DNA from: a virus
Direction: 5' to 3' (one strand)
IMG/VR virus record: IMGVR_UViG_3300024239_000011
Location: 80,303-144,302 of that record
Length of the DNA stretch: 64,000 nucleotides
Below are positions 9,741 to 18,706 of this stretch, piece by piece (the first letter of the stretch is position 1; every line of letters starts with the position of its first letter). The notes under the pieces were generated by a model that had not been told where the DNA came from, ran no database searches, and was given only the letters and a program-made list of their open reading frames with translations. A program made the translations under genes and the position numbers.

Positions 9741-9815
9741 TGGTAGTCGGAGAGGGATTTGAACCCCCGGCCACCGCCTTATCAAGACGACGCTCTACCG
9801 CTGAGCTATCCGACT
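9741..9815 (-). tRNA. tRNA-Ile(GAT)
   Basis: acceptor AGTCGGA/TCCGACT, D GCTC/GAGC, anticodon loop TTGATAA, T arm GGGGG-TTCAAAT-CCCTC, CCA. Confidence 0.75.
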
Positions 9816-10505
9816 ATAGCCTGCCAGGGAATTTCTTCCCCAGCGGCGTTGTTCTCGATACCCTCTTCCCGATTACTCGGTATCCCCTGTCCCAGGTAGA
9901 TCGCTTTCGCGACGGGCGCTGGCTATTGGGTTTCCCCTCAACCGACCAGTCCAGCGTAAGGTGCTTCGTTTTGACTCAACTGCGTCCAGTTTCCTAGCAC
10001 AGTCCCTAAGGACATCGCAGCGGAGTGCATCTATTTATACATCCACCCACGATGGGTCAATTTCAACAGTCGGTGCCTTTCCTTAGCTCATCGGGGTCGG
10101 AAATCAAAACTTTCGTTCTGCAAACTGTCGTGTTGAAGGGATGCCAGACTCCCTTCCGCCAACCAACGGGAACTATATCTGACCGTCACCCCGTTTATGC
10201 TCTTGCGTTTTATCCCGCATCGGTTCTGCGGTAGATGATATTTAGTCCTTACGACTTGGCCTCATCCAGCGGCGCTCGCCCGAACCTGATCCACTTTACC
10301 GTGAACTTCATCTTTAACGACCGCTAGGCGCCCGAGCGGTCGGGCACCTGTGGTATACGCGGGGTGCCGCCACGATCAAGCCCAGCAGAATACCCGTCAT
10401 CGTCTGGACGGGCACAGAATGACGAACACCAAGCGCGATTGCTTCCGGGTCACCACCACGACAGGGTTTAACAAGAAACCACGTCGTGTGTCTATTTATA
10501 TTTGG

Positions 10506-10579
10506 TGGTCCCGACTGGACTCGAACCAGCGCAAACCTACCTTCGGAGGGTAGTGCTCTTCCAACTGAGCTACGGGACC
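10506..10579 (-). tRNA. tRNA-Arg(CCG)
   Basis: acceptor GGTCCCG/CGGGACC, anticodon arm CTACC-CTCCGAA-GGTAG, TTCGAGT T-loop, CCA. Confidence 0.8.
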
Positions 10580-10582
10580 AAA

Positions 10583-10789
10583 TCAATGAGGTTCCTCACC
10601 TTCAGGAACCTCTTCAAGAAAATACGGCAAAACCATATCATCTTCAAGTTTATAAATGAGGCACTTCTTACCATCAGCAGACGTTGCCCACCCAAGCCGG
10701 TCGGGATGGAAATCACCGGTTTGTGTCCTGATATCAGCAACAAGGATTTCGTAAAGATCGCGCGGTAAGACTTCAGCGTGTTCGAACAT
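10583..10789 (-). CDS. hypothetical protein
   Basis: internal ATG start chosen to avoid overlap with upstream ORF; track ORF is 10583..10927. Confidence 0.3.
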   Translation of the reverse strand: MFEHAEVLPRDLYEILVADIRTQTGDFHPDRLGWATSADGKKCLIYKLEDDMVLPYFLEEVPEGEEPH

Positions 10790-10898
10790 GGCAATCCTTT
10801 GTATATCGAAAAGCAGACCGTAGCTAAATAAAGGCACCACGTCAATTTTCGATACGGTGAAACAAGGGTAACGGTCGCCAATCACGCGGCGTAAGGCG

Positions 10899-11318
10899 TT
10901 AATCAATCTCGTAACGCTGTTCTTCAAAGAATGACTTCACCGACACGTTCCCATCAACCATGTCCTGAGTAATCTCGTATTCGAAAACACGCCGATCCTC
11001 CCGTGGCTGGTCTTGTTCGATTAAATTTTCTAACCGGAATTCATCGAAATACACGATGGTCACATCGGGACCGAAGAATTTTTTGAACTCGATGGCAATT
11101 TTTCGCCCTTCTTCGGCGAAACCTTCGCAACCCCAATCGTCGTTGTCCAGCGCGGTTTCAAACCACTGGCGCCAGCGATAATGCCGATCAAAGAGGTCAT
11201 CGGGCAACCCGAGTTCGTCCACGTCCAGCATAACACCATGTTCATCCCACACACCGTCCGACGAATAGTCAGCCATTATTTTGATGTATTTCATCAAAAC
11301 CACAGTTTGCGGAGCCAC
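10899..11318 (-). CDS. hypothetical acidic protein
   Basis: 139-aa ORF. Confidence 0.45.
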   Translation of the reverse strand: MAPQTVVLMKYIKIMADYSSDGVWDEHGVMLDVDELGLPDDLFDRHYRWRQWFETALDNDDWGCEGFAEEGRKIAIEFKKFFGPDVTIVYFDEFRLENLIEQDQPREDRRVFEYEITQDMVDGNVSVKSFFEEQRYEID

Positions 11319-11438
11319 GGCGTGGTCAGCGTCCTCAACGGGCGCCGTGGTCCTTTGGGTGCCGTGTAGGCATCACCGAAGCCGATATCCAAGCGTCCTT
11401 GGTGGTTATTTCGGGAGAGGGCATCACGACTAGGAAAT

Positions 11439-11511
11439 TGGAGCGGGTGAAGGGGATCGAACCCTCGTCCTCAGAATGGGAATCTGATGCACTACCACTG
11501 TGCTACACCCG
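11439..11511 (-). tRNA. tRNA-Gly(CCC)
   Basis: acceptor GCGGGTG/CACCCGC, anticodon arm TCAGA-TTCCCAT-TCTGA, T arm GAGGG-TTCGATC-CCCTT, CCA. Confidence 0.7.
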
Positions 11512-12021
11512 CATTGAGCATCCAACCCTTACAATGCTCAGCCACCATTTCGAGTGGATTTTTCGTACTACACAGAATTGCTTCCGTGGTTCCAAGGCAT
11601 AGTCCAACTTGCGTCCTCTGATCGGTCTGCCTATTAGAGTACCCGATCTTCCAACTCATCAGGGCGTTCTTTCCAGAGCGACCAAAAGTCTGTCTGTACT
11701 CAAACCTGAGGACGTGCCCCGGTGGCTTTTTCGACGGACGATACACCGGAGAGCCACCCCAATGTACCGGGAACCACGGTGGTTTGCTCCCTCCCGCATG
11801 CGGCTAACATGCACAGGAACCTTGACCATCCCGTACCTCTTTACCTGATCCGGGGAAACCCTGTCCACCTTACAGGTGGCATTTCCCATTCCTTAGCAGC
11901 AACAGGGTTTTTCTGCTGTCGGATCAAATTACCCATCCTATTTATCTCAACCATAATCAAATGTCAATTTTCCCTGACGCCCGGCATAAATATATAAAAT
12001 CAAAACAGGAGTCAACAAACA

Positions 12022-13308
12022 ATGGGCATTAAAGTGTATAATACTACTTTAGGTGGGATTAATTTTAAAACACCAACCACGTTGAGTGACCCATACTTAC
12101 AAAATGTTGTCCTTCATATTGATAGTAGTTTGCCTCAATTATCAGACAAAACAGGAAAAATATTTACTAAATATGGCACTGCTTCATCTGGAAATTCGGG
12201 GTTTAATGCTGCCTATTTTGATGCAAATACTTATTGGGAAATAGACTCCATTTACGATTGGGGTCTTTCAGATTTCACGTTTGAATACGAAATATATCAC
12301 AATGCCACACCTACCACTGGTGGTATTTTCGGCTATCGTGCATCATCAACCGATAATTTTTCAGTATATTATGGTTGGCCAACCACAGGCTATCATATGA
12401 TATTAAATGATGTTGAATTAATAGGAACAACAGCGGTTCCGCCGGTTGGGCAATTTCAACATTATGCATGGTGCCGTAAGGGTAATACGTTAACTCTATA
12501 TATCGATGGTGTGCTTATAACCACAAAATCATTTACAGGCTCATTAACAAAAAACTTACCAAAAATGTTTTTAGGTTGGATCAATTTTGGAAGCGCATTT
12601 AATGGTATGATAAGAAATTTCACATTCACCAAATCATGCCGTTACCTTTCTAATTTCACGCCATCAAATTTGGATAGAAATCAACTCAACGACCCGTTAT
12701 GGAATTCGGTGGTATTTCATATACCCGCTTCTGGATCAAATGGGTCATTGCTTAAAAATACAAAAACTAATAATACATTAGTACGACATGGCACCTCTGC
12801 TATTATCAATAGCATTTTTACCAAAAATACAGTGTATGCAAATGGTGGTTACTACAGTACCCCAGGATCAATTGATTTTCAATTTGGACGTGATGATTTC
12901 ACTATTGAAATGTGGGGGTATGATTTAACTCGCTCAGCAGAAGCACCGTGGATCAGTACCGGATGGGTCAATACCAATTCATGGGTAATTCATCCACAGC
13001 ATTCCAGTCATAATTTTTCATTTTGGTCACAAGCATACGGAACAACCAATCCAATCGTTAAAGGACCAGCATTGCCACTACGCGAATGGGTTCATGTTGC
13101 CATATCAAGACAAGCAGGAACTACCCGGTTGTTCAATAATGGAACACTTGTTGCAACAAGTACGGTCAATTATAATATAACCAACCCAACCCTATTACCA
13201 TTCGAAATCGGGCACGAAAGTCCATTAACAAGAACCGTCAATGGATGGTATGCTGATATTCGAATTACCAAAGGCGTATCAAGATATAATCAATCATTTA
13301 CCGTTTGA
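12022..13308 (+). CDS. tandem LamG/concanavalin-A-like lectin-fold protein (possible receptor-binding or adhesin)
   Basis: two repeats each with W..VA.SR..GT..LY.NG pattern; AGGAG RBS; strongly AT-rich compared with neighbours. Confidence 0.7.
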   Translation: MGIKVYNTTLGGINFKTPTTLSDPYLQNVVLHIDSSLPQLSDKTGKIFTKYGTASSGNSGFNAAYFDANTYWEIDSIYDWGLSDFTFEYEIYHNATPTTGGIFGYRASSTDNFSVYYGWPTTGYHMILNDVELIGTTAVPPVGQFQHYAWCRKGNTLTLYIDGVLITTKSFTGSLTKNLPKMFLGWINFGSAFNGMIRNFTFTKSCRYLSNFTPSNLDRNQLNDPLWNSVVFHIPASGSNGSLLKNTKTNNTLVRHGTSAIINSIFTKNTVYANGGYYSTPGSIDFQFGRDDFTIEMWGYDLTRSAEAPWISTGWVNTNSWVIHPQHSSHNFSFWSQAYGTTNPIVKGPALPLREWVHVAISRQAGTTRLFNNGTLVATSTVNYNITNPTLLPFEIGHESPLTRTVNGWYADIRITKGVSRYNQSFTV

Positions 13309-13319
13309 TAAAGGAAAAG

Positions 13320-13347
13320 GCTGGTAGGTCAACGACCTACCAGCCTT
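13320..13347. repeat. hairpin repeat copy 1 (GGCTGGTAGGTC..GACCTACCAGCC)
   Basis: near-identical copy at 14054-14081; both followed by AAACTTGGTGGAGC. Confidence 0.7.
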
Positions 13348-13425
13348 TAAACTTGGTGGAGCCTGCCCGAAACGAATTTTCGACGTTGATAAATACATCG
13401 TGAACCAAAACAACAAGGCTCCACG

Positions 13426-14046
13426 ATGGAAATTGAACTCAAAGAGAAACTTTCTAAACGACCACAAAATCAGAATTTTGGCGCCCGTGCAGGACGTGAT
13501 TATGGCTTGAAGGTTGCTGCTGAACATCGGGCTGCTTATGCCCTGTCTCCGAAACATTGTACCGAATGCGACTCGGAACTCCCGTATGAACAACGCGACT
13601 GCAAATTTTGCTCTCGGTCATGTGCCGCCTCGCACAACAACAAAGAACGCAATCGACCAAAACGCGAAGCCATCTGTCTTCATTGTGGGAAAACTTTCTC
13701 GGCTAACCGAAAAAGCCATGGAAAGTTTTGCTCTCTTAAATGCCAAGGACAACACAAATGGGAAAATGAAACAAAACCACGTATTCAAGAAGGAAAAGTA
13801 CGTGAACGAAAAACGCTCAAGAAATTCCTCATTGAACGGGACGGACATCAATGTTCGTGCTGTGGAAACACTGAGTGGCTGGGCAAACCCATTCCCATTG
13901 AAGTAGATCACATCGACGGCAACCCAGCTAATGACATGCCTGACAATTTGCGTCTACTCTGCCCAAATTGTCATAGTATGACAGAAACCTACAAAGGTAA
14001 GAATATTGGGTCCGGTAGGGGTGCGAGAGGAATATCGCGATCCTAA
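13426..14046 (+). CDS. HNH homing endonuclease (tRNA-adjacent family)
   Basis: Cys-rich N-terminus, C-terminal EVDHIDGNPANDMPDNLRLLCPNCHS. Confidence 0.8.
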   Translation: MEIELKEKLSKRPQNQNFGARAGRDYGLKVAAEHRAAYALSPKHCTECDSELPYEQRDCKFCSRSCAASHNNKERNRPKREAICLHCGKTFSANRKSHGKFCSLKCQGQHKWENETKPRIQEGKVRERKTLKKFLIERDGHQCSCCGNTEWLGKPIPIEVDHIDGNPANDMPDNLRLLCPNCHSMTETYKGKNIGSGRGARGISRS

Positions 14047-14053
14047 AAACAAT

Positions 14054-14081
14054 GGCTGGTAGGTCGATGACCTACCAGCCA
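14054..14081. repeat. hairpin repeat copy 2
   Basis: GGCTGGTAGGTCGATGACCTACCAGCC. Confidence 0.7.
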
Positions 14082-14091
14082 CTAAACTTGG

Positions 14092-14165
14092 TGGAGCAGA
14101 GGGGGATCGAACCCCTGACCTGAAGCTTGCAAAGCTACCGCTCGTCCCAACTGAGCTACTGCCCC
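14092..14165 (-). tRNA. tRNA-Ala(TGC)
   Basis: acceptor GGGGCAG/CTGCTCC with G3:U70, D GCTC/GAGC, anticodon loop TTTGCAA, T arm GGGG-TTCGATC-CCCC, CCA. Confidence 0.7.
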
Positions 14166-14234
14166 ATAAATGACAACTCGCGTCGCCATGACCAAACTAT
14201 TTATACGAACCGCTCGGGCGGCGCAATAAGAAAA

Positions 14235-14915
14235 TTAAAAAATCTCGATTCCTATTTCCCCCAGGAATTTCGTCAACGGGCGGGATGGTACAAACAATTT
14301 TTCTCGTTTGGCCAGCAGAACTTTGCCCATGCCTTCCTGGGTACGTTTATTCACAATTTTTCGATGTTGAAATACTTGTAAAACTTCGGTCGCATCAAAC
14401 CCCATCATGGTTACTGCGATGGTGTCATGTTTAATACGAAAAACGTGTTTTTCGTCAACATGATGTTTCACTTCATCGATAACCATTCGCATCACAAGCT
14501 CCCCAATATCATACCCGAAAGCTTTAGTAAAATGGTTCATGTTGAATATAGTTAACATGCATATAGGGGTATCATTTCGCTGAAGCGACAAGAAATCAAT
14601 GAATACCTGTCGATCTTCATCAACATCAAGTGAAATCTTTTTGAAAGCATCAAAGTCTGCACGCAGGTTACCAACATCAGCCGTAACCTCTTCAACGTCA
14701 CGCACCACCCCATTAAGGTCAGAACGGGTTCGAATGGTTGCATCTAGAAGAATTTCAGCAGCTTCACGTAATACATCAATATTTTGAGCATTTTGAATAT
14801 GGTCGGCGTAGGTGGACAACGTTGCATCAAAAACTGTTGCCCGATGCTTCATCCGCCCGAGAATTTCTTCGATTTTCGAAAGGTTCTGTTCAAACCTGCC
14901 GTTATGGGACATCAA
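14235..14915 (-). CDS. degenerate GGDEF-like (nucleotide cyclase fold) protein with N-terminal coiled coil
   Basis: FGYDIGELVMRMVIDEV ... FRIKHDTIAV aligns with the YGHxxGDxxL ... RxGGDEF region but GGDE is replaced by KHDT. Confidence 0.45.
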   Translation of the reverse strand: MMSHNGRFEQNLSKIEEILGRMKHRATVFDATLSTYADHIQNAQNIDVLREAAEILLDATIRTRSDLNGVVRDVEEVTADVGNLRADFDAFKKISLDVDEDRQVFIDFLSLQRNDTPICMLTIFNMNHFTKAFGYDIGELVMRMVIDEVKHHVDEKHVFRIKHDTIAVTMMGFDATEVLQVFQHRKIVNKRTQEGMGKVLLAKREKLFVPSRPLTKFLGEIGIEIF

Positions 14916-15105
14916 TGCTCACCAAAAATAATTGTTCGTAACCTACTTAGCCGATTTTTGATATCAGGGAACGTAGGATATAACCCACCTATTGCAAGTA
15001 TAAACATATTATGGTATCTAGATAGTCGAAGAAAAAGAAGGCATAACTAAAAAAAGAGGCGCAATAATAGGGCGCCCCTTTTCACAACCAATAAAGGCGG
15101 TTTCA

Positions 15106-15807
15106 ATGTACACCCTCCCCACCACAAAATTTCTCGTTACTATTGTTTTTTCGCTGACCTTCTATGGTATTTGTAATTTAATCGCGTCACCCGTGCCATT
15201 TACCCTTGGTACTTTTTGGTATCTACCAGAAACATGGGAACCGTTCTGGTGGGCTATTGCACCGATGCTGGTGTGGGGATGTGCGATAAACATCATCTTT
15301 ACTGCCGCACACAAAGGTGACCACCCTGGTGAAATTTTGGTTGCGGGAACCCTTGTCAGTCTTCATGCCGGAATTCTTGAGGAACTGGTTTACAGATGGG
15401 CTGCATTTTATGCCGCTATCATCAGCGTCAAGATCGGTGATTTTCTGCTTGGCGGGTTTATGTTCCCCCATGGGTTGACGTGGGTTTTCCACAATTACGT
15501 GGTTGGACATATCGTCAATTTCACCACATTTGGTTTATTGAACGACTTTATCTTCCATCCAACGACCTGGGCGATTGGTGCGGGAATGATCGCGGTTAAT
15601 GCCACTTTCCGCGATGGTCACAAATACCAGGGTTTCTGGGGTTTTTGGAATAGCTGGTTCTGCGGTATGTACCTGTTCTACGTGATGTTCACGTATGGAC
15701 TTCCAGCAGCAATTATCACGCACTTTTTGTACGACTTCATCATCTTCGCAACCATTGCCGCAAAGGTAGCGGTTTTACCGAATTCGATGAAACGGGTCAG
15801 ACTATAA
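15106..15807 (+). CDS. CPBP-family (CAAX protease / Abi) intramembrane protease
   Basis: multi-TM protein with EELVYRW, FMFPHG...HN and HIVN motifs. Confidence 0.7.
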   Translation: MYTLPTTKFLVTIVFSLTFYGICNLIASPVPFTLGTFWYLPETWEPFWWAIAPMLVWGCAINIIFTAAHKGDHPGEILVAGTLVSLHAGILEELVYRWAAFYAAIISVKIGDFLLGGFMFPHGLTWVFHNYVVGHIVNFTTFGLLNDFIFHPTTWAIGAGMIAVNATFRDGHKYQGFWGFWNSWFCGMYLFYVMFTYGLPAAIITHFLYDFIIFATIAAKVAVLPNSMKRVRL

Positions 15808-15810
15808 TTT

Positions 15811-15885
15811 TGGTGCCGGATAGAGGAATCGAACCTCTGACATCCACGTTACGAGGGTGGCGTCCTTCCACTGAACGAATCCGGC
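15811..15885 (-). tRNA. tRNA-Thr(CGT)-like
   Basis: acceptor GCCGGAT/ATCCGGC, anticodon loop CTCGTAA with C31:C39 mismatch, T arm AGAGG-TTCGATT-CCTCT, CCA. Confidence 0.55.
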
Positions 15886-16109
15886 ATTAAGAAAGAAATT
15901 GTGCATTGCAATAAATAGGTAATAATAATATTCCAACTATCCTATGTGGAGCATTGCAATGATCGGACAATTTGATCACGAACAAGAACGTCTTGACCGA
16001 ATCACAGAAGCCCTTGACGAAGAGTGCCACTGCCAGGATCATCATGAAACTTCATGCCATCCATGTGTGATCAAAAAGGCGGCAAACGTCAAGCAATCCG
16101 AAAATGGTT

Positions 16110-16193
16110 GATGGTAGATTGGCGATCCTGAGAGGATTCGAACCCCCCTTTTCAGCATCCGACTACGGTTAAGCGGGTAGAAGCCGCCCCCGG
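16110..16193 (-). tRNA. 84-nt type II tRNA, anticodon unresolved
   Basis: acceptor GATCCTG/CAGGATC+G+CCA, T arm GGGGG-TTCGAAT-CCTCT; D stem GCCG/CGGC with 4-nt loop; anticodon arm ambiguous (possible CTTCTAC loop, anticodon TCT, or Leu/Ser type). Confidence 0.45.
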
Positions 16194-16353
16194 CTACAGG
16201 ATCAAATTTCTATACTTCCACTCCGTTATTTGGTATGGTCGAAGCCTTGGCGGCTACCGCCAAGGACATCTACTCCCAGTTGACCGGGTTTGAAGACCCC
16301 GCAGCTATTTCCGCTTTCTTCGACGGACAGCGCGTCGGTCCTGCCAACTAAAT

Positions 16354-16428
16354 TGGCGCGGGTACGGAGGATCGAACTCCGACTCCTTGGTTGGGAACCA
16401 AGTAGACACCCCAGTATCTTATACCCGC
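16354..16428 (-). tRNA. tRNA-Gly(CCC)
   Basis: acceptor GCGGGTA/TACCCGC, anticodon arm CTTGG-TTCCCAA-CCAAG, T-loop TTCGATC; same backbone as the duplicated Gly(GCC) genes. Confidence 0.7.
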
Positions 16429-16471
16429 AAATACAAAATGGGTGGGCAATGCCCACCCATTTGTTGTACTA

Positions 16472-16548
16472 TGGAGGATCGGGTGGGACTCTCACCCACT
16501 AGGACAAGGTTTGCAATCTTGTGCCTCGGATACTTTGGCTTCCGATCC
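16472..16548 (-). tRNA. tRNA-Cys(GCA)-like with non-canonical T-loop
   Basis: acceptor GGATCGG/CCGATCC, anticodon region CAAGA-TTGCAAA-CCTTG, T arm GTGGG-TGAGAGT-CCCAC. Confidence 0.45.
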
Positions 16549-16555
16549 ATAACTT

Positions 16556-16638
16556 GGTGCGGCTGAAGGGAATCGAACCCCCATTTTCAACATCCTTTAC
16601 CGTTCCACCGATTCGAAGTCGGGGCGGGTTACAACCGC
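16556..16638 (-). tRNA. 83-nt tRNA-like, internal structure unresolved
   Basis: acceptor GCGGTTG/CAGCCGC+A+CCA, T arm GGGGG-TTCGATT-CCCTT, hairpin CCGA-CTTCGAA-TCGG; no clear D arm. Confidence 0.35.
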
Positions 16639-16642
16639 AGGA

Positions 16643-16716
16643 TGGTACCCAGTACGTGAATCGAACACGTTCGCATGCTATGTGAAAGCAAGCAGGCTTC
16701 CAAGCCGTCACCGGGT
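16643..16716 (-). tRNA. tRNA-Val(CAC) candidate
   Basis: acceptor ACCCGGT/ACTGGGT, T arm ACGTG-TTCGATT-CACGT, anticodon loop TTCACAT. Confidence 0.5.
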
Positions 16717-16717
16717 A

Positions 16718-16792
16718 TGGTGCCGAATGTGGGGATTGAACCCACCACAACTGCTGTGTAAGAGCGGTCGTCACCCCAGTGATCTATTCGGC
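16718..16792 (-). tRNA. tRNA-Val(TAC)
   Basis: acceptor GCCGAAT/ATTCGGC, anticodon loop CTTACAC, T arm GTGGG-TTCAATC-CCCAC, CCA. Confidence 0.65.
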
Positions 16793-16809
16793 GTGATTTG
16801 GTGGAGCGA

Positions 16810-17436
16810 TTACGGTCTTAATCCGCGTGTCCGTCTACCATTTCCGCGATTGCGGTATCCAAATGTAGGTGTTTGGCTATGACAATTTGGACAAAGCAAA
16901 CGAAGATTGTCAGGTTTATTATTCGACGGGTCGCCGTCAATGTGATCAAGTTGAAAAACTAACGTTTCGTTATTCCATCCCATGATCCCACATTTACTAC
17001 ATTGCTCACCATCACGTTCGGCAACGTAGCGTTTTAGTGTCGGGGACGTAGTAACCTCACCGCGCCGAATTCGTTCGTTCGTCTTTATTTTACGCAAATG
17101 TTCGGCGCGACACGACGAGGAACAAAATTTGCGGCGGCGAGACTGGGTAGTTGAAGTAATCTTAAATTTCTCATTACAATGGTGACAAACACAATGTGTT
17201 TCAGGCTCAAGTTTGAGTTTTAAAGTTTCCAAGCGTGTAGTTGCAGTTGCTCTAGCCGAGCAAGACGACGAACAATATTTGTTGGCTCTCCGCTCATATG
17301 GAATAACGGTGTTACAGCACTCACAAACTTTTGGATTTTCGTAATACTTGTTCCGATTTTGCTCAGCAATTCCTATCGCATATTTTGCCCCGATTACTCC
17401 GAAATTTTTATTTTGTGGTCGTTGCGACATACTCAT
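16810..17436 (-). CDS. HNH homing endonuclease (tRNA-adjacent family)
   Basis: multiple CxxC Zn fingers; QLDHIDGDPSNNKPDNLRLLCPNCHS. Confidence 0.8.
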   Translation of the reverse strand: MSMSQRPQNKNFGVIGAKYAIGIAEQNRNKYYENPKVCECCNTVIPYERRANKYCSSSCSARATATTRLETLKLKLEPETHCVCHHCNEKFKITSTTQSRRRKFCSSSCRAEHLRKIKTNERIRRGEVTTSPTLKRYVAERDGEQCSKCGIMGWNNETLVFQLDHIDGDPSNNKPDNLRLLCPNCHSQTPTFGYRNRGNGRRTRGLRP

Positions 17437-17702
17437 ATGCAGTCCCTCAAAATCATTGATGTGACAATTTTATTTATCACGTAACGATTTTGAGTTCCGC
17501 CTACCACAGTGCGCGTACTCAGCGCATGTCGTGAATTTGGAAACAATGGAGCCAGCAACACCGGGCACCAACCACACATACATTCCGATGTTCACAGACG
17601 CCAGCAAAGCGCAACTGATGCGTAAACTGCTGCTCAAGGCAAATCCCGATGGGAAATTTGCGGTCGCTACTGTTCGTGGCATGAAGCTGCACTTTGAGTA
17701 AA

Positions 17703-17777
17703 TGGCGCGGGTACGGAGAATCGAACTCCGACTCCTTGAGTGGCGCTCAAGTAGACACCCCAGTATCTTATACCCGC
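17703..17777 (-). tRNA. tRNA-Gly(GCC), copy 1 of perfect duplicate
   Basis: GCGGGTATAAGATACTGGGGTGTCTACTTGAGCGCCACTCAAGGAGTCGGAGTTCGATTCTCCGTACCCGCGCCA; identical to 22389..22463. Confidence 0.7.
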
Positions 17778-17855
17778 ATAGAAACGTGCGAGCCTACTGC
17801 GGTGAAGTGGCGGCTGAAGCCCACTCAACGATATAATCGTTGCCGCTTTCCTCAT

Positions 17856-17933
17856 TGGCGTTCCCGGAGGGAGTCGAACCCCCAACCTTCGGATTCGTAA
17901 TCCGATGCTGCTATCCAGTTGAGCTACGAGAAC
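17856..17933 (-). tRNA. tRNA-Arg(ACG)
   Basis: acceptor GTTCTCG/CGGGAAC, anticodon arm TCGGA-TTACGAA-TCCGA, T arm GGGGG-TTCGACT-CCCTC. Confidence 0.75.
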
Positions 17934-17940
17934 ATTGTTT

Positions 17941-18029
17941 TGGCACGGGTGTGAGGAATTGAACCCCTTCGGCATCCACCTGAATTTTTGTGCCACTGGG
18001 TTTGGAATCCAGCTTCAGGAAACACCCGC
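17941..18029 (-). tRNA. 89-nt long tRNA-like, anticodon unresolved
   Basis: acceptor GCGGGTG/CACCCGT (G1:U72), T arm AGGGG-TTCAATT-CCTCA, CCA; internal arms could not be resolved by hand. Confidence 0.4.
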
Positions 18030-18033
18030 GTAA

Positions 18034-18109
18034 TGGCAGGGGATGAGGGAATCGAACCCCCTCTGCAAGGTTTTGGAAACCCGCCGACTTCCAGTTATCT
18101 TAATCCCCT
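18034..18109 (-). tRNA. tRNA-Trp(CCA)
   Basis: acceptor AGGGGAT/ATCCCCT, anticodon loop TTCCAAA, T arm GGGGG-TTCGATT-CCCTC, CCA. Confidence 0.65.
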
Positions 18110-18110
18110 A

Positions 18111-18183
18111 TGGTGGAGTAAACGCGAATCGAACGCGCCGCAACCGCATTGCGAATGCAGTTCGCCCCCTTGGTCATGCTACC
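18111..18183 (-). tRNA. tRNA-Ala(CGC) candidate
   Basis: acceptor GGGGTAG/TTACTCC with G3:U70, anticodon arm CTGCA-TTCGCAA-TGCGG, T arm GCGCG-TTCGATT-CGCGT; weak D arm. Confidence 0.45.
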
Positions 18184-18246
18184 CCAATGTGATTAATTGT
18201 GGTTGATCCACTAGAGTGATATTATCCTCATCCGAAAGGGGAGGAC

Positions 18247-18528
18247 ATGCGCACTCTTGTTCTCATTTTCATGCTATTCTTGGTCGCATGCCGGGATGAT
18301 TCCAGACGTGCCAACCTTGTCTGTACCTTTGAGTCAGACACCTTCCATTGGAAAATCGATACCGAGAAAGCCGAAGTCAGCGGCGACCGAATCGAAACAA
18401 CGGAAGTAAAAATAAGCAATCTGTCTTACGTGTTCACCTCGGGTACCGTCAACATCGTCATCCGGCGCACAGATTGGCAAGCCTGGATTCACGGGAACGG
18501 ACAATCAATCCAAGGAAAATGTAAGTAG
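18247..18528 (+). CDS. small lipoprotein
   Basis: signal peptide with LVAC lipobox. Confidence 0.45.
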   Translation: MRTLVLIFMLFLVACRDDSRRANLVCTFESDTFHWKIDTEKAEVSGDRIETTEVKISNLSYVFTSGTVNIVIRRTDWQAWIHGNGQSIQGKCK

Positions 18529-18614
18529 AAATGGCTCCCGACCCAGGTACCGCCCCTGGCAGCCATCGCTTAACAGGCGAGTCCGTTCGCTTGCTCGGTC
18601 GTCGGGAATAAATG

Positions 18615-18706
18615 TGGCTCCCACTTGAGGTTTCGAACCTCACCCCGCATCGCTGCGAGACTTCCGGTTAACAGCCGGATACCTTCACCAAGCCGGTCCA
18701 GTGGGA
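18615..18706 (-). tRNA. type II (long variable arm) tRNA, anticodon GTT (Asn codons), G73
   Basis: acceptor TCCCACT/AGTGGGA, D ACC/GGT, perfect anticodon arm TCCGG-CTGTTAA-CCGGA, variable arm with CGCA/TGCG hairpin, T arm TGAGG-TTCGAAA-CCTCA, CCA. Confidence 0.55.
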
